Part shown: in pieces, positions 42,451-53,132 of the stretch
Layout of the letters: each line of letters begins with the position of its first letter
How positions within the stretch are numbered: the stretch's first letter is position 1
NCBI GenBank assembly: GCA_024346625.1
Contig: AP024665.1
Location: 1,736,001 to 1,800,000 of the forward strand
Direction: 5' to 3'
DNA length: 64,000 nt
Source of the DNA: Williopsis jadinii
Taxonomy: Eukaryota
Program-made: the position numbers and the translations under genes
Notes under the pieces: generated by a model
Databases searched by the model: none
What the model saw: the letters and a program-made list of their open reading frames with translations, nothing else
Told to the model about the DNA's origin: nothing

Positions 42451-44715
42451 ATGTCTTTGAGCAGAGAAGTGGACGCCGATGCGACGGAACTGGATGTGAA
42501 CACGTCTAGTGCTAGCCAACCTGCTAAGGAGAACAGCTCCATGTACGCGACACCACACGGTTCGTTTGCGGAACACGGCGGCAGCTCGTTTGCTGAGGGA
42601 GATGGGACGATATACACGGCGACATACTCAGGGATCGATGTGCTGGAGACCGTTGTGAGAGGGATCTCGGTGATGAGAAGGCGTAACGACTCGAGCTTCA
42701 ACGCTACGCAGATTTTGAAAGTTGCCGGTGTTGATAAGACGAAGAGAACCAGGATACTGGAGAAGGAGGTGCACACGGGCACACACGAGAAGGTACAAGG
42801 TGGGTATGGTAAATTCCAAGGGACCTGGATTCCCTACGACCGTGCGGTGGCACTTTCGCAGCAGTATGGTGTTTATGAGGACTTGAAGCCGCTCTTCTTG
42901 TTCAACGTGTCGAAGTGTGATGGTGCTGAAACGCCAACAAAGGAACAGGCCATTGCCCAAAAGAAGAAGTCGGCCACGGCAATATCAAGAGGCAACAGCT
43001 TCTATGCATCAATGTCAAGAAAGCCCTCAAATCTGGGAAGGTCATATTCAGTATTGACCAACGCGGACGAGGATGATGGCCATGTTGACGATGATGAGTC
43101 GCCTGGGAAGAAGCAAAAGTTAGAGAATGGCGAATCTGTTGCACTATACAACAACAATGGGAATAACAATGGGTCAATTGCCGCTTCTGATAATGCCATG
43201 GTTATTTATAACCATGATCTGGATATCGAGAATCCAAATGCCCCATTCACTTTACCTCCATTATCAGGATTTATACCCGAATTTGAACATTCCAAAGAGA
43301 TTATCACCCAAGTTTTTCTTTCACCCGAGGTTGACTCCCTAGCAGAGGCAGTTGGTGGTGAATCCGCACTTGTCGATGTTAACTTGGATGTTGCAATTGA
43401 CGAACTGGGACATACCGCATTGCATTGGGCTTCTGCGCTGGCTCGTATTAGCATAGTGAGAGACCTGGTGCGTCGTGGTAGTGTAAGAATAAGGGGAAAT
43501 AACCAAGGAGAATCTCCGCTGATAAGAGCTGTATTGGTAACAAATAACTATGACCAAAGTTCCTTTTCAGAGTTGTTAGACTTGTTATACCCGTGTATCC
43601 CACTGTTGGATCACCAACATCGTTCTGTGTTGCACCACATTGCCCTTACAGCGGGGATCAAGAGGAGAAGTGCTGCAAGTAGATACTATTTGGAAACGCT
43701 GCTGGAATGGATAGTGAAAATCGGTTCATCCTTACCAAAAGGCTCTATAACCTTGGGTAAATTCATGAGTGATATTGTCAATGCACAAGATAAGAATGGT
43801 GACACATGTTTGAACATTGCTGCAAGAATAGGGAACAAGGCAATTGTACAACAACTGTTTGATATTGGTGCGGACCCTTCGATACCGAACAAGGCTGGCC
43901 TGAGACCAGTGGATTTTGGTATCACAGTGAATGGACTCAACGCGTCCAGTGTTAAATCTCTGCAACAGAACCAGAGTAAGACTTACAGCAATCCAAAGTT
44001 AGTACCTCAGCAGAGTAGTGGGAAGATCCTCGAATCTATGAAACAAGTCTTGAACAGGCTAGACTCTGATTTCAAGAATGAGATTGCAGAGAAACAAAAG
44101 ACTATTGATGACCTACACACAAAGCTTCGTACTGCTACGACCAAATTATCAGAATCTCGTAAGAATCTAGAAACTTTGAAAGAGTCTGAGATCAAATCGA
44201 GCGAGTACAAACAAAAGATTTCCAATCTTGATAGGGCAACTGCAGAGGAAGAACAAAGATTCCTTGATCAAACCACGGAGCTAGGATCCATTGGCAATTT
44301 TGACGTTGATTTTGATGCAGATGAACCATTCAGAGTGCTACCGGTTTATAACGCCATCATGGAACAAGTTGAAAGACAAGGAAACAACAAGACTTCATTA
44401 GATGATATCAAGATCGATCCATCGCATATAAACGTCAACGAATTACCGCCAGTGGCGGTGTTGCAGGCGAGAGTCAGAGCATATAAGGCGAACGAGTCCA
44501 AGCTGAAACAGGTTATTAACGAGTTAAACGAGAATTCGAAAGCACTTGAGAATAAATTCCGTCGTGTCGTTGCTCTGTGTACCGGTGTACCTGAGGATAA
44601 GATCGACACCATATTGGATGGGCTGGTACAGGCCGTCGAGAGCGATCCAGATGAGGTCGATATGGGGAGAGTTGTTGGATTCTTAAAGAAAGTTGACGAT
44701 AAACAAGAAGTATGA
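42451..44715 (+). CDS. SWI6: SBF/MBF subunit Swi6/Cdc10 (APSES domain, ankyrin repeats, coiled coil)
   Basis: The ankyrin region (NNYDQSSFSELLDLLYPCI...AASRYYLETLLEWIVK) and C-terminus (LQARVRAYK...LENKFRRVVALC...LDGLVQAVES) follow Swi6 rather than Swi4/Mbp1; SPGKKQK resembles the Swi6 CDK/NLS site. Confidence 0.85.
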   Translation: MSLSREVDADATELDVNTSSASQPAKENSSMYATPHGSFAEHGGSSFAEGDGTIYTATYSGIDVLETVVRGISVMRRRNDSSFNATQILKVAGVDKTKRTRILEKEVHTGTHEKVQGGYGKFQGTWIPYDRAVALSQQYGVYEDLKPLFLFNVSKCDGAETPTKEQAIAQKKKSATAISRGNSFYASMSRKPSNLGRSYSVLTNADEDDGHVDDDESPGKKQKLENGESVALYNNNGNNNGSIAASDNAMVIYNHDLDIENPNAPFTLPPLSGFIPEFEHSKEIITQVFLSPEVDSLAEAVGGESALVDVNLDVAIDELGHTALHWASALARISIVRDLVRRGSVRIRGNNQGESPLIRAVLVTNNYDQSSFSELLDLLYPCIPLLDHQHRSVLHHIALTAGIKRRSAASRYYLETLLEWIVKIGSSLPKGSITLGKFMSDIVNAQDKNGDTCLNIAARIGNKAIVQQLFDIGADPSIPNKAGLRPVDFGITVNGLNASSVKSLQQNQSKTYSNPKLVPQQSSGKILESMKQVLNRLDSDFKNEIAEKQKTIDDLHTKLRTATTKLSESRKNLETLKESEIKSSEYKQKISNLDRATAEEEQRFLDQTTELGSIGNFDVDFDADEPFRVLPVYNAIMEQVERQGNNKTSLDDIKIDPSHINVNELPPVAVLQARVRAYKANESKLKQVINELNENSKALENKFRRVVALCTGVPEDKIDTILDGLVQAVESDPDEVDMGRVVGFLKKVDDKQEV

Positions 44716-44863
44716 GCGGAGATGTGTTTATATTAGTCTCACCATCTACAGACAAAATTTATAACACACTCCCGTTTGATATATTATGAAAAGATGATTG
44801 TAGGTACTGAGTTTTATGAAAGAGTTTAGGCAAAGTGAAGATATCGTATACCTGAAGGACGGT

Positions 44864-47227
44864 TTAGTAACCTTCAGCACCAACGTAGTGATAGACAGTG
44901 TTCAACACCCATTGAATCAAAGGATGTAATGGCTGTTCATCCAGAGTATTCAGACGTTCAGCTGCACTCTTGAAGCCAACAATGAAGTTGATGGTTATGG
45001 CAACCAAGACACCTGTCGCAACGACAAGAGGACCCAATGGCGCATCCAAGTGTTTACCATCTCTTGCTTTGATCAGCGACAAACGCTTGTTGTAGATGAA
45101 ATAGCCCCAGCCCAAACAGAAGAGAGTCAAGGCAAAGTATACGTAGGCCAGCTGTGTAGCCAATTCTTCGTTTGCAGCCTTCTTCACAGAGGAATAAATG
45201 GAAAACGTCAGGGCAGAGAACAGGGAACAGACACTCAGCCATCTGTTGAAGGTTCTTTCATTAGCCAACCAGACTTTGGTTTCAACCTTCATCGAACCAG
45301 CCTGTTTCAACAAGGTCTTTGGCTTAACAACGCCAGGAGGTAATTCAACTTCTTCATCTTCCGAATCGACATTTGCCAGCTTGGAACCACCAGTGAGGAA
45401 TGGAATGATATCAACGTGTTGCTTTGCTCTGTGTCTGACGACAGTTTGATGCTCACCATCGCTTGATTCTTGGTCATCATCGTCAATGCCGTTCCATTCA
45501 CGCTCCAGTTGAACTTCACCTTTCGACTTTGTTGAGTCTTCAATACGACGTAGTCTAGATTGTAGATCAGTTTGGTGCTTCTTCTTTCTCTCCTCCTCTG
45601 CAATGGCATCACCTGGTTTCTTACGGATATCGTCTTCCAAGTCAGGTAACCAGAATGGCAAGACATCCAAACGATCATCTTCGATGAACAAAGAAGCGAT
45701 ACCTTGGATGAATTTGGAGAAGTTCGGAACCTCTTTAACCAAATGAGAAGTTGTCAATTCTTCAATCCACTTACCATTCTTTCTAGAGAATGGGATTGAG
45801 ATTCCCTTGCCATCTGATAACTTCTTACCACTGGTGTTCTTAATTCTGATCTCCATAACGCTATAAGGGAATTTGACAAATTCATTCTTTCTCAGCAAGG
45901 AGTACGGATTATCAATGTTTTGATCTATATCCTTTCTATGCCATTCCTGTGGGTTTCTGATTGGACGCATTTCATCAAATGCATCTTCTCTGATGAAGAG
46001 GATATCACTGTCAATCGTGATACGGACTCTATCATCACCTGGAATTTGGAAGGCTGTTCTCGTATAGACGGATCTAACAGCAGGTTGGAGTTCGTACTCC
46101 TTGATCAAAGCAGCAACCTGGTCGACATCGTCTTCGATGCCTTTCAATACTTGATCAGACGAGCCCATCTCTCTGAATTTGTTCAACGTCTTCTGCTTGA
46201 ACTGTTCGACGTCACCTTTAACGACAAAGTCGTTGATGTACTTCTCTTTCAACTTGAGACGAATATCGTGGGAGGACTCCTCCTCATTGGACTTATCCAC
46301 AGTCCTCTTCTCCAGAAAGATATCCGGCTTATCAGCAAGATTACCAGACCATCTCAATCGCAGAGAAGGCGACGTGTTTGATTTCAACAGCTTCATGTTG
46401 TACAGTTCAAAAGAGCCGTTATCAAAGTACAATGAGGTGACTATTGGATCAACAGAATCCTTAGATTCAGCCTCATTCGAGTAGACCAAAACCGGCAAAT
46501 GTCTCAAGATGGTGGTCTTAACCTCCATCAGGTTATCTGGATGGACCCAGAACTTGAAAGACTGGTAATCCAGGTTATCAGCGTTAACATAAGATCCCGG
46601 TGTTGCATTAGAAACACCAGCGTTCATCAACGAGCCAGACTGTGATGGTGTCATGGATTTTGAGCCCATATGCGACCCAGTTTGCATGTTCTCTCTCAAG
46701 AACTGGAACAAGAATGAGATCTTGTGCAAGAGAGGAGAATAGTCCTCCGAATGGAAAGGTAAGTCTTTCAATCTTATAGATAACAATGCCTTCACGGAGT
46801 TATAATGAGGGTGCAAACGATCATGCTTCTTCACGATCTTTTGAAACCCTGTAAAGTTCAGTCTCGCGAAGTGATCCAGCTCATGAGCCTCTGCAAGCAC
46901 GTTTTCCACATTTTGATGAAACTTTGGCCATTCCACCGAGTCCTTCTTCTGGGATTGAGTGATTTCATCAGCCTTCCCTTGTAGAGCTTCGATTCTCTTG
47001 TTCAAATCCTCGTACTGGCTGGTCTGGAAGGTGTACACCTTCTCCAGTTCAGCATCCAGGGCCTTAACAAACTGCGACTCGTCGGCATCTGACCATTTGG
47101 ACGACTTCTTAGACCCGTGGGAGTCCAATGCGTTCTCCTTGAGCAGCTTCTTCAACTTTTCATAGTTGATGTAGTTATCACTCCAGGGAGGATAGATCTC
47201 ATTGGCCAGTTTAACACCAAACAGCAT
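44864..47227 (-). CDS. VTC2: Vacuolar transporter chaperone subunit Vtc2/Vtc3 (SPX, VTC and transmembrane domains)
   Basis: MLFGVKLANEIYPPW, LNFTGFQKIVKKHD, KFWVHPDNLMEVKT and KVWLANERTF; likely the pre-duplication ortholog of VTC2/VTC3. Confidence 0.92.
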   Translation of the reverse strand: MLFGVKLANEIYPPWSDNYINYEKLKKLLKENALDSHGSKKSSKWSDADESQFVKALDAELEKVYTFQTSQYEDLNKRIEALQGKADEITQSQKKDSVEWPKFHQNVENVLAEAHELDHFARLNFTGFQKIVKKHDRLHPHYNSVKALLSIRLKDLPFHSEDYSPLLHKISFLFQFLRENMQTGSHMGSKSMTPSQSGSLMNAGVSNATPGSYVNADNLDYQSFKFWVHPDNLMEVKTTILRHLPVLVYSNEAESKDSVDPIVTSLYFDNGSFELYNMKLLKSNTSPSLRLRWSGNLADKPDIFLEKRTVDKSNEEESSHDIRLKLKEKYINDFVVKGDVEQFKQKTLNKFREMGSSDQVLKGIEDDVDQVAALIKEYELQPAVRSVYTRTAFQIPGDDRVRITIDSDILFIREDAFDEMRPIRNPQEWHRKDIDQNIDNPYSLLRKNEFVKFPYSVMEIRIKNTSGKKLSDGKGISIPFSRKNGKWIEELTTSHLVKEVPNFSKFIQGIASLFIEDDRLDVLPFWLPDLEDDIRKKPGDAIAEEERKKKHQTDLQSRLRRIEDSTKSKGEVQLEREWNGIDDDDQESSDGEHQTVVRHRAKQHVDIIPFLTGGSKLANVDSEDEEVELPPGVVKPKTLLKQAGSMKVETKVWLANERTFNRWLSVCSLFSALTFSIYSSVKKAANEELATQLAYVYFALTLFCLGWGYFIYNKRLSLIKARDGKHLDAPLGPLVVATGVLVAITINFIVGFKSAAERLNTLDEQPLHPLIQWVLNTVYHYVGAEGY

Positions 47228-47376
47228 GTTTTCAAAGCCCTCAATTGGTGTTGAATTTGATCGAATGTAACGAATAAGGAAGAGAAAGAGAAAGAGAAAA
47301 GATTTTTTACGTCTATTGGGTTAAATCGTTAGTGGTTGTTTCGTATCGTCTGAACCAATTTACTGACAGCTAGGCA

Positions 47377-47385
47377 CACGTGGGG
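47377..47385. promoter_or_regulatory. Pho4-type CACGTGGG site upstream of VTC2/3
   Basis: CACGTGGGG about 150 bp upstream of the ATG; VTC genes are PHO-regulon targets in S. cerevisiae. Confidence 0.6.
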
Positions 47386-47425
47386 GGATGGCTGTTTTTG
47401 GGTGTCCGGGTGTGTGCGTGGGGGG

Positions 47426-47458
47426 ATTACATAATATATTACATAAGATATTACATAA
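47426..47458. promoter_or_regulatory. Three ATTACATAA sites at 12-bp period (bZIP TTACRTAA type)
   Basis: 47426-47434, 47438-47446 and 47450-47458. Confidence 0.6.
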
Positions 47459-48296
47459 CTTCTTAGTCATCGGGCCACACCAGAGTGTAAAGAAAAAGAA
47501 ACAAAACGTCATGCCAGTGGTGTGCCCTCTGAATGTGCGCCATGTGTGTGACATGCTGTAGAAGTTGTGGAACGAAGTACGACGGAAAAGTTAGCTGTGT
47601 GACCATTGGGTGGGACAACCCTTCCCCGTAGAGGTTTGGCTGTATCACTACAACCACGAATATTTCCCTCGCCCGGTGCCTTCCCCTTAACCAATTGGTG
47701 CTGTGACCCTGCCTGCGCCCGCTGGACTGCCAACAACCTTCATTGAATACACTCATTTCACGGAGAAGCCGTTACATTCGTATCCAAGAGCACAACAGTC
47801 TCGGTGACCGTAGACTTCCAACATGTGTACATCATAGTAGTAATACCATCACACTATTGGCATGCAAAAGAAACGGTAAGGAAAGCACCGATCATGGCTG
47901 AATATGCTGTTCCCTTGAAAGATGATCCGGTCCACGCGAATCAAACAACGCCCTCACCCAAAATTAGACACTACGTCCCAAATTGTGTCTGCCCACCCAC
48001 TTAATGCCATTTGTTCAGAACAGAGTTTCCTGCTGTGTGCCTCTTTTTCGTTCCATAGGCTCGCCTTCCCTGTCTCTCCGGGATTTAAATTTCTTTTTTT
48101 GTCCTCTTCTTTCCTTTTTTTTGTCTGCTACCCGCATGAGCCCGCGTAAACGTAAACAGTCAACTCGATATAAGTTAAGTGTTATCTCTTCAAAGTGTCC
48201 TCCTTCTTCCTCTGGCACTACACGGTGATATACAACCACAGCACACAACACACGACCATAACAACAACAACAACAGCTACTGCAACAGCGCGTACG

Positions 48297-49124
48297 ATGA
48301 CAGCAGACACAGACTCACTCGAAAACATCGTTCCGTCCTTCCGTTTGGATGGTCGTATTGCTGTTCTCACAGGAGGTGCTGGAGGGTTATCCCTGACGGT
48401 ATCGAAGGCGCTTGTCGCCCAGGGCGCCCAGGTTGCGCTCGTTGATTTGAACTTGGAGACCTGTAAGGCCGCAGCGGACGAGCTGGTGCAATGGGGTAAG
48501 ACTCACGGGTTTGAACCAGTAGTTTCAGCTTGGAGCTGCGACGTTGGTAACGCCCAGAACGTACAGGACGTTGTGAAACAGATTAAACATCACCATGGGT
48601 CCCCAGCTGACCTGTTGATCCACACCGCCGGCTACTGTCAAAACTTCCCAGCCTTGGAATACCCGGATCAAAAGGCGCAGGACTTGGTCAACGTGAACCT
48701 CTTGGGCTCGTATTACATCTCAAAGTACATTGCAAAGGAGTTGGTTGAAAGCGGCAAAGTTGGCTCGTTGATCCTCATCGGCTCCATGTCCGGGGTTATC
48801 GTCAACGACCCGCAGCCGCAAGTTGCTTACAACATGTCCAAAGCCGGTGTGATCCATTTGGTGAAATCGTTGGCCTGTGAATGGGCAAAGTACGGGATCA
48901 GAGTGAACTGCTTATCCCCTGGCTACATCCTGACCCCACTGACAAAGCATGTCATTGGCAGCAACACTGAGCTGAAGAACACCTGGGAATCCAAGGTGCC
49001 AATGCACAGAATGGCGGAGCCAAAGGAATTCGTGGGCTCCCTTCTCTATTTGGCCTCATCGACGGCTTCTTCCTACACAACTGGTGAAAACTTGGTGGTT
49101 GACGGTGGTTACCAATGCTGGTGA
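48297..49124 (+). CDS. ARD1: D-arabinitol 2-dehydrogenase (short-chain dehydrogenase)
   Basis: VPSFRLDG, TGGAGGL, GSMSGVIVNDPQPQVAYNMSKAGVIHL and LSPGYILTPLT match yeast D-arabinitol dehydrogenases (Candida/Scheffersomyces naming, not the S. cerevisiae NatA gene). First ATG is at 48297. Confidence 0.88.
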   Translation: MTADTDSLENIVPSFRLDGRIAVLTGGAGGLSLTVSKALVAQGAQVALVDLNLETCKAAADELVQWGKTHGFEPVVSAWSCDVGNAQNVQDVVKQIKHHHGSPADLLIHTAGYCQNFPALEYPDQKAQDLVNVNLLGSYYISKYIAKELVESGKVGSLILIGSMSGVIVNDPQPQVAYNMSKAGVIHLVKSLACEWAKYGIRVNCLSPGYILTPLTKHVIGSNTELKNTWESKVPMHRMAEPKEFVGSLLYLASSTASSYTTGENLVVDGGYQCW

Positions 49125-49393
49125 TCCTCTGTCCGCTCTTCTCCTTCTAATTCTTCATACAGTATACAATAGATCTCTAATATATGTTCAACCCACAACT
49201 AATACGCATTAAGATTCGTCCTTGCGCACGATGTAAGCAAGGCACCGAGTTAAATCGATTGTTCCTGTTATGGGGGGAGAAAACCAGAAAAGCAGTCCGG
49301 AGAAACCACATCGAACCCCATTTGATCTTCTTTTACATAGACAAACAGCACAGCGGACAAACGCTAAAGGTAAAAAGAGAGGTAGATAATCCG

Positions 49394-50434
49394 ATGTCTT
49401 CTGCTATCCAATCATTGGCAAACCGCCTCAACAAGGGCTCATCAGTGGTGTTCTTCGTTGGTGCCGGTATATCAACATCTGCCGGCATTCCAGATTTCCG
49501 TTCCCCTGGTACCGGACTGTACAACAATCTGTCAAAGCTGAACTTGCCCTATGCCGAAGCTGTGTTTGATATAGACTACTTCAAGAAGGACCCAGTGCCA
49601 TTTTATACGCTCGCGAGGGAGCTGTATCCAGGGCAGTTCAAGCCTACAAAGTTCCACCTGTTCATGGCCCTGTTGCAGGAAAAGGGACAGCTGCATCGGG
49701 TTTATACCCAGAATATCGATACGCTGGAGAGGATTGCTGGTGTCGAGAGGGACCTGATAGTGGAGGCACACGGTTGCTTTGACGACCATAGATGTGTCAA
49801 TTGTTCAAAAGAGCTGGACGGTGACAAGTTCAGACAGATAATCTTTAGAGGGGAGAAGGTGGAATGCCCCCATTGTGGTGGTTACGTCAAACCGTGTATC
49901 GTGTTCTTCGGAGAAGGTCTGCCCCAGAGGTTCTTTGAGTGCTGGGATGAAGATTGCGATGAGTTTGGTAATGAATATGTCAATGAAACCGTGGCTATAG
50001 TGGCAGGCACAAGCTTGAAAGTTCATCCGTTTGCATCTTTACCGGAAGAACTACCTGAATCTATACAGAGGTTCTTGGTCAATCAGGAATTGGTTGGCTC
50101 CTTTGAGGATGCTCCGAGAGATGACGATGAGGTGTATCTAGGGAAGATCGACGAGTTTGTAGATCTTCTGTGTAGAGAGCTGGGATGGGATGAAGAGCTG
50201 GAAGGGCTGGTCAGACGTGTGGAGGATAGTACCGAGGCTGAAGAGTTGGAAGGGGAGGACACCAAGGACACCAAGGACTCCAAAGACCCTAAAGACTCTA
50301 AAGACTCCAAAGACTCCAAAATCTCCAAAGACTCTGAAGAAAGCAAAGACGAGGCCAAGTCGAAAGACCTCAGGGACCTTGAAGATGAAGCCGAGGAAAC
50401 AATCAACAAAGGCATCAACAGCTTATCCATATAA
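49394..50434 (+). CDS. HST2: NAD-dependent deacetylase (sirtuin), Hst2-like
   Basis: GAGISTSAGIPDFRSP, YTQNIDTLE, EAHG, CxxC...CxxC, VFFGE and GTSL. Likely start ATG 49394; the ORF-track extension to 49184 looks non-coding. Confidence 0.9.
   Translation: MSSAIQSLANRLNKGSSVVFFVGAGISTSAGIPDFRSPGTGLYNNLSKLNLPYAEAVFDIDYFKKDPVPFYTLARELYPGQFKPTKFHLFMALLQEKGQLHRVYTQNIDTLERIAGVERDLIVEAHGCFDDHRCVNCSKELDGDKFRQIIFRGEKVECPHCGGYVKPCIVFFGEGLPQRFFECWDEDCDEFGNEYVNETVAIVAGTSLKVHPFASLPEELPESIQRFLVNQELVGSFEDAPRDDDEVYLGKIDEFVDLLCRELGWDEELEGLVRRVEDSTEAEELEGEDTKDTKDSKDPKDSKDSKDSKISKDSEESKDEAKSKDLRDLEDEAEETINKGINSLSI
50258..50335 (+). repeat. Coding 9-bp minisatellite encoding (K-D-S/T)n in the Hst2 tail
   Basis: DTKDTKDSKDPKDSKDSKDSKISKDS. 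Confidence 0.85.
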
Positions 50435-50486
50435 CCCACTAATAACCGATGATCTCGTATATTTTCAATATAACATATATACAGGC

Positions 50487-52970
50487 CTATTTTTTCGTTA
50501 TAATCGATTTCAACTTCTTAATTTGTTCTTCAGCATCAAGAATGGTCGAGTTAGAGCCCTCAATCTTATTGGCCAAGTATTGCATTCTGCTGTTAAACTC
50601 CCTCTTATTCGTATACCATGCTAAGCTCTCCAACTCCTTCTCCCATTTCTGAATCTTACCAGTCTCAAATCCTATTAAACGATAGAGATAAGCAGTCTCT
50701 AGCACACTATAAGTGTTGCTATCATCCAACAAATTCTTGAAAGCAGCTCTGAACAAAGGCTTTGCTGGTCTGATGTCACAGATGACACCACGGTCACGAG
50801 TCATGGAAATCAACCCGTGCTGCTCCAATGACACCAAAGAGGTTTCAGGCGAAGACTTAAACAATGGATGATTGATGAAATCCTTGTATTGGACAAACTC
50901 TTTGTCTGCTAGCATCTTAATCAAGACCCAAGCTTGTGCATTTGAGACACCTTGGTCCTTGTTAAGGAAGATCTGTGTGATTTGTTCAGCAGTCTGTTGC
51001 ACCATACGACCCAGAGCCTCATGTGGACTCTCACCTGATCTAACACGACGTACAAAAGCTTGCAAGTCAAGCATTCTACCCCCGATAGGATCCAAAGATT
51101 GATCAACTTGCGTCTCTAATAGAGAGATCTTCTCAGCAATACGCTTCTTCATCTCAATGTCATCAGGACTGTCATTGGAGTCTTCTTCATCCACATCCTC
51201 ATGTAATGAGCTCATGACATACTCCTTAGCAGCTGTTTTAGATGCGTCTTGCAACAGCACATACTTGAACACCTGGTCCGGTAAAGCCTCGCTCAGAAGT
51301 GTCTGTGAACCGACATCTTCAGTGAGGAAGATGATATGTGCAATGTTCATGGACGTCAGCAAGGCAGCCCAATCTGCCAGCTCCTTATAGACGAAATTGT
51401 TGGACTCTGCCCTATTCATAGTCGTGAAACGATCAATCACAATAACAGGCTTCTTTTCTGGATGTTGCTGTAGATAATCTTCCTCCTTGACGGTGATTTC
51501 CTCTGTTCCATTGACAATGACCGGTTTATAACCTCTTAGGGAGATGTCCCTAATGGCAACAAGGGCAGTAGAGAGCATGTTTCTGTATTGGGATTCCTTT
51601 GATTCGCTCAACCCAGATTTTTGACCAGTCAATGATTGTAATGCCAAATCGATGATACTGGAGATGGAGTTGAGCCATGGGAAAACAGGGAAATAGCCAA
51701 TGGAATGCGCAGCATTGCTGATGAAGACAGTGTCATTTCTCGACTTGACCAGCTTGTCACAGTCAATATATAGCACATCCTTATGATCATGTAACGCGTG
51801 TTGCATAACCAATTCATGCTTACCAGAACCTCTTGGACCACGAACCACAATGAACGTATTGACGTTTTCCTCCAGCCACATCTTCAGCTCCTTCACAATG
51901 TCCATACGCTCACTCCACAGCTGTCTTTGACTGACGTTAGAGACATGCTGTCCCAGCATGTCATGGATACGCGTCATTGTAACGTTTGTAATGTTGTTGA
52001 GCCATTTGACGACATGGTTATCTCCAATGGAGAACCTGTTTGTGATTTTGTTCTCGATGAAGAACTCTCTGATCGGGTCAAAAATCATCACAGCTAATGC
52101 TGCCAAGAGAGCAATGATCAGAGGCATACTGATCTTGTTGTGATTGACGATGAAGTCCCACAAGGCGTTCTTTCTCGTGTTCTTATCATACTGAACGTGG
52201 AGCGTTGTTCCATCAATCGTGATACCGGTGATACAGTTCTTTGCACAGATTGCACCTCTATAGCTCTCAAATGACACTGTTGCCACCGAGCTGTCTGGAA
52301 TGATATCTATGATGGTGCCGTATCTTCTGAAGAGCGAGTAGAGCTCTTCCTCACTCAGGGCAGGTCCTTCATATTTGACCTTGATGGTTTTGTTGGGGTA
52401 TCTTCTGAGATCCTCCACCCACGGTTTACCCTTAACTTGGAATGCAATAGGCTGTTGCAGCCAATTGGCAATTCCATGTTGAGTCTGTTCCAGGATGTTC
52501 TTTTGGATCTTTTGATTGAACTCAGCAAGAACCCAGTGAGAAGGCACCCTAAACTTGATAAACGCGCCACCGTCCCTCTTCATGGGAACAACATCCGTAA
52601 TCTCCAAGCCTGGAATGGAGCCCACACCGTTGGCATCCTTGGGATTGGCCAACTTCGCCACATGGGCCTTTATAGCTTCCGGTCTTTTATCAGCAACAAA
52701 CAACGTGGCAAGCCACTGCTTCAGATCCCATACGCTCGTCCGGAACGGAAGGATGTGGTCAAAGTACAGCATCGTCTCCTGGTCGTCTTTCTCGACAACA
52801 CCAGTCTCCTCGGCATCCATAACTTCACCTGTTTCCTTATCCCTTTTAGCAATCTCATCGGATACAAAGCGTCTCCCCATAATCGCACCGCTTCTTGGTA
52901 AGCACGCCGACGAGCGAGCCAGGGCCGTGGAGCGTGGTCTCAGGACCTTCAACGGGGCAAACAGTCTCAT
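50487..52970 (-). CDS. YME2: Mitochondrial inner-membrane RRM/AAA-like protein (mitochondrial escape protein 2)
   Basis: RDGGAFIKF, VKGKPWVEDLRRYP, EELYSLFRRYG, FDPIREFFIE, GPRGSGK and IGGRMLDLQAFVRRV. Confidence 0.95.
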   Translation of the reverse strand: MRLFAPLKVLRPRSTALARSSACLPRSGAIMGRRFVSDEIAKRDKETGEVMDAEETGVVEKDDQETMLYFDHILPFRTSVWDLKQWLATLFVADKRPEAIKAHVAKLANPKDANGVGSIPGLEITDVVPMKRDGGAFIKFRVPSHWVLAEFNQKIQKNILEQTQHGIANWLQQPIAFQVKGKPWVEDLRRYPNKTIKVKYEGPALSEEELYSLFRRYGTIIDIIPDSSVATVSFESYRGAICAKNCITGITIDGTTLHVQYDKNTRKNALWDFIVNHNKISMPLIIALLAALAVMIFDPIREFFIENKITNRFSIGDNHVVKWLNNITNVTMTRIHDMLGQHVSNVSQRQLWSERMDIVKELKMWLEENVNTFIVVRGPRGSGKHELVMQHALHDHKDVLYIDCDKLVKSRNDTVFISNAAHSIGYFPVFPWLNSISSIIDLALQSLTGQKSGLSESKESQYRNMLSTALVAIRDISLRGYKPVIVNGTEEITVKEEDYLQQHPEKKPVIVIDRFTTMNRAESNNFVYKELADWAALLTSMNIAHIIFLTEDVGSQTLLSEALPDQVFKYVLLQDASKTAAKEYVMSSLHEDVDEEDSNDSPDDIEMKKRIAEKISLLETQVDQSLDPIGGRMLDLQAFVRRVRSGESPHEALGRMVQQTAEQITQIFLNKDQGVSNAQAWVLIKMLADKEFVQYKDFINHPLFKSSPETSLVSLEQHGLISMTRDRGVICDIRPAKPLFRAAFKNLLDDSNTYSVLETAYLYRLIGFETGKIQKWEKELESLAWYTNKREFNSRMQYLANKIEGSNSTILDAEEQIKKLKSIITKK

Positions 52971-53100
52971 AGGGAAGCGGATTCACAGCTCAGCAGGTGC
53001 ACTCAGTGGCTCTTTGCGATGGTTCTTGCCGTTGTTGATGTATGGAGATGATGGAACTGTACAGGAAAAAGCGTACGAGGGAGCAACAGTAGTGTGGAGG

Positions 53101-53132
53101 ATCACGTGAATATCACGTGGGACATCACGTGA
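53101..53132. promoter_or_regulatory. Triple ATCACGTG (Cbf1/CDEI-type E-box) cluster
   Basis: ATCACGTGA 53101, ATCACGTGG 53112 and ATCACGTGA 53124. Confidence 0.7.

Noticed and set aside
49184..49393. N-terminal extensions given by the ORF track for HST2 (likewise OCA1, ARD1, the WD40 gene, the lipase and MRPS16)
   Set aside because: They run through promoter-like or terminator-like sequence, mostly from non-ATG codons, and lack family similarity.
53101..53132. Triple CDEI-like motif as a point centromere
   Set aside because: No AT-rich CDEII or CDEIII follows; it fits Cbf1 promoter sites.
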